Part shown: positions 1-8,921 of the stretch, piece after piece
Layout: each line of letters begins with the position of its first letter
Numbering within the stretch: the stretch's first letter is position 1
Assembly: GCA_033764955.1 (NCBI GenBank)
Contig: JANRIL010000019.1
Span: forward strand, 32,001 to 96,000
Reading direction: 5' to 3'
Length of the DNA: 64,000 nt
Origin: Cyanobacteriota bacterium
Lineage (GTDB): Bacteria; Cyanobacteriota; Cyanobacteriia; Thermostichales; Thermostichaceae
Position numbers and translations under genes: made by a program
The notes under the pieces: model-generated
The model's database searches: none
Seen by the model: only the letters and a program-made list of their open reading frames with translations
Told to the model about the DNA's origin: nothing

Positions 1-5
1 AATCT

Positions 6-1247
6 TTAGAAAATATCGGCAGGGTCGGCAGATTGCAGTTTGCGAGTGGCGATAGCACCAGAGAAACAGCACATCAAAACCGTTAAACCAAAAACAAAGA
101 ACAGTCTGGCAGCCGTCATCCCAATTGGCAAAGCAGCCGCAACCTGAATCAAGCGATATTGTGCCAATGCCAGAGCTAAACCAGGGATAAACCCGATCAC
201 CGCAAGAATAATAGCCTCTTCAAAAACAATGGCTAGTAGATAGCGATCCCGATATCCCATTGCTTTGAAGGTGGCATATTCAGCGAGATGATCATTGACA
301 TCGGTTGAGAGAATCTGAAAGACAATCACAATTCCCACAACAAAAGCCATGATCGTTCCAAAGTTAAATACCAACCCAATCGGAGTTCTTTGAGACCAAT
401 AGGCTCGCTCAAGGTTGAGAAAGTCTAGCTTAGTATTAATTAATACGTCTTTGGGCAGGGTTACTCTCAGAGCCTCCACTACCTGCTGAGGGTCATGTCC
501 TGGTTTTATCTGCAACAAGCCTAAGCTAACTTGCCCAGATGTACGCTCTGGAAATAGCCTGAGAAAACTGTCCTGACTGGCAACTATGGTTCCGTCAGTA
601 GCAAAAGAGGCTCCCAATGAAAATAATCCCGCTACCCGAATGGTTCGCCGATCAATTTCTGTGTTAACACTTTCCCCTTGTGCAACCTGCTGTACGACTT
701 CTTGGTAAGTCCCACGGGATAGTCGATCAAACAAAACAGTGTCGAGGAGAGTGATTGTATCGAGTTGCTGAGCAATTTCTGGAAGGTTGAGGGCAGGTCG
801 TTCAAGGGATTGACCTAAGACAGTGATTTGAGTTTTGTGACGGGTTTGAGGATTTTTCCAATTGACGGAGGCTATATAGATAGGATCCGCATGGGCAATG
901 CCTTCAACCGACTGAGCCTGATAAAGTCGCCGCCGAGGAAAGGTAGTGGTTAAGGATAAATCTCGATATTGGGATCCCCGAATTACGATGTCGGCATTGA
1001 GATGGCTAAGTAAGAGAGTGTTGCTATCAAATAAAGCTGCTTGAATGCCAAGCTGAGCAAACATCAGCAAATCGGCAAACGCAATACCGGCCACCGCTAC
1101 AACCATACGGGACTTTTGTCGCTTCAGTTGCAACCAGCCAAGGGGAGTTCGATCTTGCCAGCTCTGCCATATGCCGCGGCGAGATGCCAATCCTTCCGGG
1201 GGAAGGGAAGTTTTGCCAGTCTTAGGACTGATCGGTTCGGTGATCAT
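6..1247 (-). CDS. devC: DevC-type ABC exporter permease (FtsX/MacB-like)
   Basis: 413-aa ORF with N-terminal RTPLGWLQL, AVAGIAFADLLMFAQLG, and C-terminal ILSTDVNDHLAEYATFKAMGY and RKLQSADPADIF, all typical of cyanobacterial DevC. Overlaps the upstream membrane fusion protein by 4 nt. Confidence 0.9.
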   Translation of the reverse strand: MITEPISPKTGKTSLPPEGLASRRGIWQSWQDRTPLGWLQLKRQKSRMVVAVAGIAFADLLMFAQLGIQAALFDSNTLLLSHLNADIVIRGSQYRDLSLTTTFPRRRLYQAQSVEGIAHADPIYIASVNWKNPQTRHKTQITVLGQSLERPALNLPEIAQQLDTITLLDTVLFDRLSRGTYQEVVQQVAQGESVNTEIDRRTIRVAGLFSLGASFATDGTIVASQDSFLRLFPERTSGQVSLGLLQIKPGHDPQQVVEALRVTLPKDVLINTKLDFLNLERAYWSQRTPIGLVFNFGTIMAFVVGIVIVFQILSTDVNDHLAEYATFKAMGYRDRYLLAIVFEEAIILAVIGFIPGLALALAQYRLIQVAAALPIGMTAARLFFVFGLTVLMCCFSGAIATRKLQSADPADIF

Positions 1248-2413
1248 AGCTGAATTTCCGCAGTGACTTGTAAATGGGTCAGAGATTTGACTTTTTGGCT
1301 ATCACTCTCATCTAGGTTCACCCACACCTCGACAACCCGCGCATCAATATTGGCGGAGGGATCCGAGTTGATCACATTTTGTCGCTTGACTTGCCATCCG
1401 ATGCGATCTACCTTGCCTATGAGGGGTTCTGGCAGCAAATCGGTAAAGACTTGAACGGGTTGACCAACTTTGATTCGTCCGATCTCAGCCTCATAAACCT
1501 CCACCATCACCGCCATTTGCTGAGTCTGACCGATCTCCAAAATCCCCTCAGAGCCAATCACCTCACCGGCATAGGCATGAATCTCTAGGATTCGACCTGG
1601 CTGTAGGGCTTTAACAAATGCTTTATTCAGTTCCGCCTGAGCCTTTTGCATAGCCGCCTCGTAGACTTGCACCTCGCTGGCTGCCACCTGCACATCTACT
1701 GGACGGACTTCTGCAATTTGTTCAAGCGTGGCTCTTGCTTCCTGTAACTCTGGATCTTGGATGGAGAGCAGGCGATTGAGTTGGGCTTGGGCTGCTTGTA
1801 ATTGCTTGTCAGTTGTGATGACGGCCAGACCATATCGATCTCGTTCTGAGGCAGCGATGGCTCCTGCTTGATAAAGATCTTCGTAACGGCGCTGATCTAC
1901 TTGCGCTTTTATGAGTTCGGCGGCTAACTGCTCCACCGTCGCTTTTTGCCCATCGATTTGGTTTTGGGTATCCATGCGAATCCGTTCGATTGTTGCGGCC
2001 TGGGCGCGGATTTCTCCCTCTTTGGCTCCGGCTTCTACTTGGGCAAGAGTCGCTTTCGCCATCTGCCATTGGGCTTGGGCTTGAGCAAGAGATGCTTCCA
2101 ACCCTTCTCGACTATCCAGGATGGCAATGACTTGCCCGACCTCCACCACCTCCCCTTCCTCTACCAAGAGTTGCTCAATTCGATTACTTTCTCCGTTGGA
2201 GGGAACTCCCACCTGAATTACATCTCCGCTTGGCTTGAGATAGCCCAACGCCGTTAAAGATCGGATGGGCGAAGAGGCTAAAGCCGTGGCAGGGGATGCA
2301 ACCGAGCCTGAGTAGACATACCCCCCAAAAAAACCTGCCAGTAGGAATCCCCCTATCCACCAGGTCGAACACTTGCTAAGTGCAGATGGGGTACGGCGGG
2401 AAGATACGATCAT
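1244..2413 (-). CDS. devB: DevB-type ABC exporter membrane fusion protein (HlyD family)
   Basis: N-terminal TM segment, ALGYLKP, lipoyl-like LLVEEGEVVEVGQVIAILD, coiled coil, and C-terminal DARVVEVWV. Start set at ATG 2413 (MIVSS); the ORF track extends to 2485. Confidence 0.85.
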   Translation of the reverse strand: MIVSSRRTPSALSKCSTWWIGGFLLAGFFGGYVYSGSVASPATALASSPIRSLTALGYLKPSGDVIQVGVPSNGESNRIEQLLVEEGEVVEVGQVIAILDSREGLEASLAQAQAQWQMAKATLAQVEAGAKEGEIRAQAATIERIRMDTQNQIDGQKATVEQLAAELIKAQVDQRRYEDLYQAGAIAASERDRYGLAVITTDKQLQAAQAQLNRLLSIQDPELQEARATLEQIAEVRPVDVQVAASEVQVYEAAMQKAQAELNKAFVKALQPGRILEIHAYAGEVIGSEGILEIGQTQQMAVMVEVYEAEIGRIKVGQPVQVFTDLLPEPLIGKVDRIGWQVKRQNVINSDPSANIDARVVEVWVNLDESDSQKVKSLTHLQVTAEIQL

Positions 2414-2460
2414 AAAACCTTCCTTTGCCTGATCCTGACGTATGATCAAGCTATAAATTA

Positions 2461-2505
2461 AACCAAACCGTTTGGTTCGATTCATCCAAACTAAACTGTT
2501 CGGTT
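2461..2505. promoter_or_regulatory. Tandem palindromic operator, probably for the adjacent TetR regulator
   Basis: AACCAAAC-C-GTTTGGTT (2461-2477, perfect 8-1-8 inverted repeat) and a degenerate copy AACTAAAC-T-GTTCGGTT (2489-2505) lie between the divergent devB and tetR genes. Confidence 0.7.
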
Positions 2506-2534
2506 TGGTTGCGTCAAGAGGATCTCAACTTGCT

Positions 2535-3176
2535 ATGAAAGAAATCGTCGAACGGATCCCTGATCTGAAGGAGCACCGTCTAATCAGCCAGAAACGGGTC
2601 GCTATTTTGACCGGAGCCAAGCGGGAGTTTTTGGCGCATGGCTACGCGGCCACCAGTGTGGATCGGATTGCAGCTAGGGCAGGGGTTTCCAAGTCCACCC
2701 TCTACAGCCACTTCAAAGATAAAGAGGCATTATTCTCGGCGCTCATCCAGCAAATTGCTCAGGACAAACTACGGTCAATAACAGAATCGGCGATTCTTGA
2801 TCGGCCTCTTCGGCCTGATTTAGCTTTGCGGCAAATTGCTCAAACCATGGTGGGAGCTATCACCGAAGCGGAAGGTGAGATGGTGCAGTTTATGCGAGTC
2901 TTGCTGGGAGAAGCGGGACGTTTTCCTGAACTGGCGAAGTTAATGGTGGAAAACCTGGAAAAACCTGGCTTTGCAATGATTAGTCATTTTTTGGCTAGCT
3001 ACCCAGAGCTAAATATCGTCGATCCGGAAGCAACAGCGCGAGTGTTTGTGGGATCCCTGGTGCATTTTGTGCTGATTCAGGAGGGTATGTATGGTAAAGA
3101 AATCATTCCTATGCCGATGGAGCGACTGATCGACTGTTTGGTGAGCCTGATTGTGCCCTTTTCCCCACAGACCTAG
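2535..3176 (+). CDS. TetR/AcrR family transcriptional regulator
   Basis: HTH ILTGAKREFLAHGYAATSVDRIAARAGVSKSTLYSHFKDKEALF. Divergent from devBC. Start set at ATG 2535. Confidence 0.92.
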   Translation: MKEIVERIPDLKEHRLISQKRVAILTGAKREFLAHGYAATSVDRIAARAGVSKSTLYSHFKDKEALFSALIQQIAQDKLRSITESAILDRPLRPDLALRQIAQTMVGAITEAEGEMVQFMRVLLGEAGRFPELAKLMVENLEKPGFAMISHFLASYPELNIVDPEATARVFVGSLVHFVLIQEGMYGKEIIPMPMERLIDCLVSLIVPFSPQT

Positions 3177-3315
3177 ATTTTGTTTTTTCTACTAGGCTGA
3201 CTCTTTCCCATGGGGATCCGTAACCAGCGATTCGCAGATTTCCCTCTCATCCACACCTGTTTTAGGCCAATATCACCACCATTCCCACTGGGCTTATGCT
3301 GATGGCAGGCTCTCA

Positions 3316-4212
3316 CTAAAACAAATCTCGCTTCCCACGCAGGCGACCAAACACCCGCACTGGATCCTCCGATTTCATGCTGGCTTGCAGAGCGAGCTGA
3401 TCCCAGCGCAAAAAGGGATTAGTTCGTTTCTCCAAGCCAATTTGACTGGGGATGGTTGGTTGAGCAAGGTGACGTAGCTGGTGAACCGTTTGCAGGCGTG
3501 CCTCCAGATCGGGGTTATTGGGATCCACTCCGACAGCAAATTCCAGGTTTTTTAGGGTGTACTCATGGGCACACCACACCTGGGTTTCCTCCGGCAATGT
3601 TCGCAGTTGTGCCAGGGAATGGAGCATTTGAGCCGGAGTTCCCTCAAACAGCCGACCACAGCCCCCCCCAAACAGCGTATCTCCACAAAATAAATGTCCG
3701 GTTGGAAAGTAATAGGCAATATGCCCCAAGGTATGGCCGGGTACCGCCAACACCTGACCGATCCAACCTTGAAAATGAACAACATCCCCCGCTTGTAGGC
3801 CAACCGTTTGCTCTGGGATGCGAGCCTGCTCATGGTCATAGTGACTGCCATAAACCGGGATCCCTGGAAAATGCTGAACAAGGCTGCTGTTGCCCCCCAC
3901 ATGATCATGGTGGTGGTGGGTGTTAAAAATGGCTGTGAGTTGGAGGTGCTGCTCCCGCAAATAGGACATAATCGGCTCAGCCAGGGTGGGATCCACAACA
4001 GCAGCGGTTTGGCTAACGGCATCCACCAACAAAAAAATATAGTTATCGCGCAGGGCGGGCAGCCGCACGACACTAACATGATTACTCCCTTCTACAGTGC
4101 TGTCTCTAGCCTGAAGGGAAAAGGAGATTGGAAAGCCCATAGTTTTATCAATAAAGGGGAGCAACCCATGAGGGATCCCTTTCATTGTGCGGAAATTTTC
4201 GTCAGTCGGCAA
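3316..4212 (-). CDS. gloB: Hydroxyacylglutathione hydrolase (glyoxalase II)
   Basis: [17 protein letters not shown] metallo-beta-lactamase motif, [39 protein letters not shown]. The true start is probably near 4068-4079 (see findings). Confidence 0.9.
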   Translation of the reverse strand: MPTDENFRTMKGIPHGLLPFIDKTMGFPISFSLQARDSTVEGSNHVSVVRLPALRDNYIFLLVDAVSQTAAVVDPTLAEPIMSYLREQHLQLTAIFNTHHHHDHVGGNSSLVQHFPGIPVYGSHYDHEQARIPEQTVGLQAGDVVHFQGWIGQVLAVPGHTLGHIAYYFPTGHLFCGDTLFGGGCGRLFEGTPAQMLHSLAQLRTLPEETQVWCAHEYTLKNLEFAVGVDPNNPDLEARLQTVHQLRHLAQPTIPSQIGLEKRTNPFLRWDQLALQASMKSEDPVRVFGRLRGKRDLF

Positions 4213-4226
4213 AACGGGTTCGCCAT

Positions 4227-4490
4227 CTATTCCGCAAAAATAGCCTGCTCAATATCAGCGCGACTGAGGGAATAGGGAAAGGAGAGAGTTTTGCTCTGGC
4301 CATCGCTGAAGGTATAGCGGGCGGTAATGCTGGTTTCTTCTAGGCGAATCTCCGCCTGCCAGGTGGGGCGACGGCAAAACCATTGCTCCACATCGTCGGG
4401 ATCCCGACTGCATCCCTGATCGATCAGCCACTTCTCGATGGTGGGCAGAGGATGGTTGTAAAGGGGAGTGGAAGCAGAAGGAAAAACCAT
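4227..4490 (-). CDS. Conserved cyanobacterial protein (DUF3143-like)
   Basis: [15 protein letters not shown]...[15 protein letters not shown] pattern; lies downstream of a J-domain gene. Confidence 0.75.
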   Translation of the reverse strand: MVFPSASTPLYNHPLPTIEKWLIDQGCSRDPDDVEQWFCRRPTWQAEIRLEETSITARYTFSDGQSKTLSFPYSLSRADIEQAIFAE

Positions 4491-4547
4491 AAAAACCGTT
4501 ACCTGCCAAAAGCACAAGAAAGCCGTTCGGGTTGTTGAGAAACCCCT

Positions 4548-4970
4548 TTAAGAAGATAAGGGGGATCCCTCCCGTAGCCACGCCATCACGATCGCTAACG
4601 CTAAACAACCCGCCAATGTTCCCGCCATCAATAGCAGGGCGCAAATCTCTCCACCGGAGAGGGGGCGGGTTTGCGGGCTATCTAGGGGGTGAGGAGTGGA
4701 AGCCGAGGGAATGGGTGGGGTGAGGGGATCCCGTAACCAGAGGGTGGCGTCATACATAGCGCGCTGGGTGGGGTTGCTCAACACCGCATAGGCTTCATGC
4801 AGATCTTGAAAACGGCGAATGGCGGTCTCGGGAGGGAGTGCCGAGGTGTCAGGATGATAGTGCTTGCTCAAGCGGCGATAGGCTTGACGAATCATGGCCG
4901 AAGAAGCCGAAGGCAATAGCCCGAGTCGTTGATAATGGGTTGTGGAGAAAGGGGGGGGTGTTGCGCTCAT
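4548..4970 (-). CDS. J-domain (DnaJ-like) protein with C-terminal TM helix
   Basis: HYQRLGL...IRQAYRRLSKHYHPD (HPD motif)...EAYAVLSNPTQRAMYD, followed by RPLSGGE and a hydrophobic tail. Confidence 0.88.
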   Translation of the reverse strand: MSATPPPFSTTHYQRLGLLPSASSAMIRQAYRRLSKHYHPDTSALPPETAIRRFQDLHEAYAVLSNPTQRAMYDATLWLRDPLTPPIPSASTPHPLDSPQTRPLSGGEICALLLMAGTLAGCLALAIVMAWLREGSPLSS

Positions 4971-5115
4971 AGGGCAAGAGATCCTTCCTGCTCAGACACT
5001 TTATCCTAGGCAAACCAGAGCCGAAAAGACATTCATCTGCTTCACATTCACGATTAGGGTGGGACAATTTGACCTCGGTTATACCTCAGTTATGGTTGAG
5101 GAGTAGCCTAGGCAA

Positions 5116-5295
5116 CTAGTCTTCTCCCTCCCCTTGCTCCTCCGCTTTGGGATAATAAAATCCAGTGTTGTTCTGAGACAGAATTGACCGACCGATCGTG
5201 AGCGCACGTTGCGCTTGGATATTGGCTTTACGCACCCAGCCGGCATAACGCATCCGACTACGGGATTTGGACATTTTCTTCTTAGGGGCGGCCAT
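5116..5295 (-). CDS. rpmF: 50S ribosomal protein L32
   Basis: MAAPKKKMSKSRSRMR...AQRALTIGRSILS, cyanobacterial/plastid-type L32. Confidence 0.92.
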   Translation of the reverse strand: MAAPKKKMSKSRSRMRYAGWVRKANIQAQRALTIGRSILSQNNTGFYYPKAEEQGEGED

Positions 5296-5508
5296 AGATC
5301 TCGGCAAAAAACAGCTTATCTAGCTTAACAAGCGCCTCCTAGTTAAGCAATCAATCCCCTTCTAGCACCGCCATTTTCCGGTTAAGGGGAAAAACTCCCT
5401 CAGCGCTAGGAATATCCAGAGTCCTTGCCGAGGGGTTGTCCGGAGGCGATCTCGCGGCATACAGACAGAGCATGGTAATATAGAGGACTGTTAATTTCCC
5501 AAACAGCT

Positions 5509-5823
5509 ATGCCCAGAATCAAATCTGCCATTAAGCGCGTTGAAATTGCCGAGCGAAATCGCCTCCGTAACCGCGCCGCCAAAGCCGCCATCCGTATTGC
5601 CATGAAAAAAGTATTCACCTTGGTGGCTGCCTATAGTGCCAATCCACAGGCGGTCAATAAGGATGACATTCGTGCCGCCCTAAGTGTGGCCTTTAGCAAA
5701 GTCGATAAAGCCGTCAAAACAGGGGTTTTGCATCGCAACACGGGGGCACGTCGCAAGTCTCGTCTATCTCGAGCGGTGACAATTATCGATCCCAAACCCG
5801 CCGCCGAGTCCCAGGTTGCTTAG
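5509..5823 (+). CDS. rpsT: 30S ribosomal protein S20
   Basis: IKSAIKRVEIAERNRLRN...SKVDKAVKTGVLHRNTGARRKSRL. Confidence 0.97.
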   Translation: MPRIKSAIKRVEIAERNRLRNRAAKAAIRIAMKKVFTLVAAYSANPQAVNKDDIRAALSVAFSKVDKAVKTGVLHRNTGARRKSRLSRAVTIIDPKPAAESQVA

Positions 5824-5859
5824 CTAACTTCCGTCCTATCGCAGAACGGGATCCCGACT

Positions 5860-6537
5860 GTGGGCTATATTTTGGACAACCCAGACATCGTCTGGACGCT
5901 GCTCTGGCAGCACATGCAGATGACAGGCTTGACCCTTCTCATCGCTGTTAGCATAGCGTTACCTATCGCCCTAGTCATTACCCGCTATCGCTGGCTGACG
6001 GTTCCCGTTATGGGATGTTTGGGGATCCTCTACACGATTCCCAGCTTAGCCCTGATCATTCTGCTGGTTCCGTGGCTGGGTTTGAATGCCCGCTCTGTCA
6101 TTGCCGCGATGATCGTATACAGTCAGGTGATTTTAGTACGCCACATCGCTGTTGGATTACAGTCCATCAAACCGAGTATTCTGGAGGCGGCTAAGGGAAT
6201 GGGAATGGACGCTTGGCAGCGCTGGTGGCGGGTACAGGTGCCTTTGATGTTGCCTGTGTTTTTGGCAGGATTGCGGTTGTCAGCGATTGTGGCGATTGCC
6301 ATTGCCACCATTGGAGCCAAGTTTGGGGCTGGAGGGTTGGGATCCCTTTTGTTTGACGGCATTGCCCAAGCGGGACGGTATGACAAAATCTGGGCAGGAT
6401 CCTTGGCGGTTGCCTTGCTGGCCTTGCTGATTAACGTTGCGTTTTTGGGGTTGGAGTGGGCGGCTAAACCAGGGCGACAGGGATGGAGACGGTGGGGCGG
6501 TACGGATCCCTGGCAACATTCTCTGGATCCCCATTAG
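5860..6537 (+). CDS. Osmoprotectant (glycine betaine/choline) ABC transporter permease, OpuBB/ProW-like
   Basis: LYTIPSLAL, EAA motif ILEAAKGMGM, IATIGAKFGAGGLG. Confidence 0.85.
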   Translation: MGYILDNPDIVWTLLWQHMQMTGLTLLIAVSIALPIALVITRYRWLTVPVMGCLGILYTIPSLALIILLVPWLGLNARSVIAAMIVYSQVILVRHIAVGLQSIKPSILEAAKGMGMDAWQRWWRVQVPLMLPVFLAGLRLSAIVAIAIATIGAKFGAGGLGSLLFDGIAQAGRYDKIWAGSLAVALLALLINVAFLGLEWAAKPGRQGWRRWGGTDPWQHSLDPH

Positions 6538-6717
6538 ATTTTTTCTACAGGAAGATTCCTACTGAGGATCCTACCGAGGCTCCCATCGAAAGATCGTGAC
6601 AAGGGCAGGGGCGGATTAACAATTGGTAATCTTTGCTCAGATCCGCGATACTTTAACTAGGAAAGCTGCGGTGAAGAAAGCCGCTACCCTGCCTTCCTCC
6701 CCACCTTAGGTTATTCC

Positions 6718-7254
6718 ATGCACGCCGCCACAACCGTCCTTTTGGTGGATGGCTACAACATGATTGGCTCATGGCCTCCGTTGCGAAAATGGATGCGGCA
6801 GGCTCCTGACATTGCTCGCCTCAAACTGGTCGAGATGCTAGCCAGTTACGTCAGTTTTCGGGAATACCAAACCACGGTCGTATTTGATGCCTATGCCCAG
6901 ATCACCCCTGCCCACCAAGAAACTACCCCGGTGGGAATCCAGGTTTACTACACCCCCTTTGGGGAAACCGCTGACACCTACATCGAGCGCACCTGCGCCC
7001 AACTGCAATGGCAAGAGTGTCGAGTGCGGGTGGCAACCTCCGATCGTGCCCAGCAATTGGTGGTGGGTGGATATGATGCCGAGTGGTTGTCGGCTCAGCA
7101 GTTGTGGGAGGAGATTGAGCAAACCCGTGAGCAGATCCGCCAACTCAAGCCCAAAAAAAACAGCAGACCCGAACGGGGAATTCACGGTTATTTAGATCCA
7201 CAAACACGGGAGCGGCTGTCCCGTTGGCGCTTACATGGCTCCGATCCGGTTTGA
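6718..7254 (+). CDS. NYN-domain ribonuclease (YacP/Rae1 family)
   Basis: LLVDGYNMIG, VVFDA, ETADTYIER, VATSD motifs. Confidence 0.88.
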   Translation: MHAATTVLLVDGYNMIGSWPPLRKWMRQAPDIARLKLVEMLASYVSFREYQTTVVFDAYAQITPAHQETTPVGIQVYYTPFGETADTYIERTCAQLQWQECRVRVATSDRAQQLVVGGYDAEWLSAQQLWEEIEQTREQIRQLKPKKNSRPERGIHGYLDPQTRERLSRWRLHGSDPV

Positions 7255-7380
7255 ATGGGTTGAGTTGGCTATCCTGAACTTTTAGGATCCCCAGCAGCAG
7301 GCAGGGTAAGATTTAAGATCCTGTAGAAACCTTGTCTCCCCACTATCCCCTAATTTCTCCCCATCGGATCCTTGTTTCCT

Positions 7381-8892
7381 ATGTATTGTGATTATCTCGT
7401 GCAAATTTTAACCGCCCGTGTCTATGACGTTGCCCAAGAAACTCCTCTTGAACCAGCCAGTAATTTATCGGCTCGCCTCAAGAATCATCTCTGGCTAAAA
7501 CGGGAAGATATGCAATCGGTTTTCTCCTTCAAACTACGGGGAGCCTATAACAAAATGGTAAAACTTCCCCCTGAGATTTTGCAGCGGGGTGTGATTGCGG
7601 CTTCAGCAGGAAACCATGCTCAAGGGGTTGCCTTAGCCGCCAAAAAACTGGGCGCAAGGGCAATGATTGTTATGCCTGTTACGACCCCCCAGGTCAAGGT
7701 TAATGCTGTGAAAACACGGGGGGGGGAGGTTGTTTTATATGGAGATACCTATGATGATGCCTATGCCTATGCCCGCCAACTCGAACAAAGTAAAGGCATG
7801 ACTTTTATTCATCCCTTTGATGATCCCGATGTGATTGCTGGGCAGGGCACAATTGGCATGGAAATTTTACGACAATACCAGCAGCCTATCCACGCCATTT
7901 TTGTTGCGGTTGGTGGCGGTGGCTTGATTTCGGGTATTGCTGCCTACATTAAACGCTTGCGTCCTGAGATCAAGATCATTGGTGTTGAACCCGTAGATGC
8001 TGATGCTATGTTTCAATCCTTGCAGGCAGGTCGGCGAGTGCGATTGTCGCAGGTGGGTTTATTTGCCGACGGCGTGGCTGTGCGGGAGGTGGGGGAAGAA
8101 ACCTTTCGTTTGTGTCAGCAATATGTGGATGAAATCATTTTGGTGGATACGGATGATATTTGTGCCGCCATTAAAGATGGATTTGAGGATACCCGTTCGA
8201 TTTTAGAACCTGCCGGAGCCTTGTCAATTGCCGCCGCCAAAGCCTATGTAGAACGAGAACATATTCAGGATCAAACCCTGATTGCGGTGGCCTGTGGTGC
8301 CAATATGAATTTCGATCGGCTGCGTTTTGTCGCAGAAAGAGCAGAATTAGGAGAAAATCGAGAAGCCATTTTTGCAGTGACAATTCCTGAGGAACGAGGG
8401 AGTTTCCGTCGTTTTTGCGCTTGCTTGGGCAGGCGAAATCTGACCGAGTTTAACTATCGTATGTGTCAGGGGCAAGAGGCGCATATTTTTGTGGGTTTAG
8501 AGATTCAGGATCGAGCGGATGCCGTAACCATGGCTGACAAATTTGAATCCTGTGGATTTAAGACGATTGATCTTAGCAATGATGAACTCGCCAAACTGCA
8601 TTTGCGTCATATGGTGGGGGGGCGCTCCCCGGAAGTGGCCTACGAACTGCTCTATCGCTTTGAGTTTCCCGAACGACCGGGGGCTTTGATGAAGTTTCTC
8701 AATTCTATGAGTCCAGATTGGAATATCAGCCTGTTTCACTATCGCAACAATGGTTCTGATTATGGTCGAATTGTGATTGGAGTACAAGTTCCAAATCATG
8801 AACTGAATGAATGGCAAGCCTTCTTAGAAACCTTGGGATATCGCTATTGGGATGAAAGTCAAAATCCAGCCTATCAGTTGTTTTTGAGGTAG
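7381..8892 (+). CDS. ilvA: Threonine ammonia-lyase, biosynthetic
   Basis: KREDMQSVFSFKLRGAYN (PLP lysine), ASAGNHAQG, and two C-terminal ACT-like domains (PEERGSF, FPERPGAL). Confidence 0.97.
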   Translation: MYCDYLVQILTARVYDVAQETPLEPASNLSARLKNHLWLKREDMQSVFSFKLRGAYNKMVKLPPEILQRGVIAASAGNHAQGVALAAKKLGARAMIVMPVTTPQVKVNAVKTRGGEVVLYGDTYDDAYAYARQLEQSKGMTFIHPFDDPDVIAGQGTIGMEILRQYQQPIHAIFVAVGGGGLISGIAAYIKRLRPEIKIIGVEPVDADAMFQSLQAGRRVRLSQVGLFADGVAVREVGEETFRLCQQYVDEIILVDTDDICAAIKDGFEDTRSILEPAGALSIAAAKAYVEREHIQDQTLIAVACGANMNFDRLRFVAERAELGENREAIFAVTIPEERGSFRRFCACLGRRNLTEFNYRMCQGQEAHIFVGLEIQDRADAVTMADKFESCGFKTIDLSNDELAKLHLRHMVGGRSPEVAYELLYRFEFPERPGALMKFLNSMSPDWNISLFHYRNNGSDYGRIVIGVQVPNHELNEWQAFLETLGYRYWDESQNPAYQLFLR

Positions 8893-8921
8893 GCTTTTAC
8901 TGGAGCTGCACGGATGCTTGG

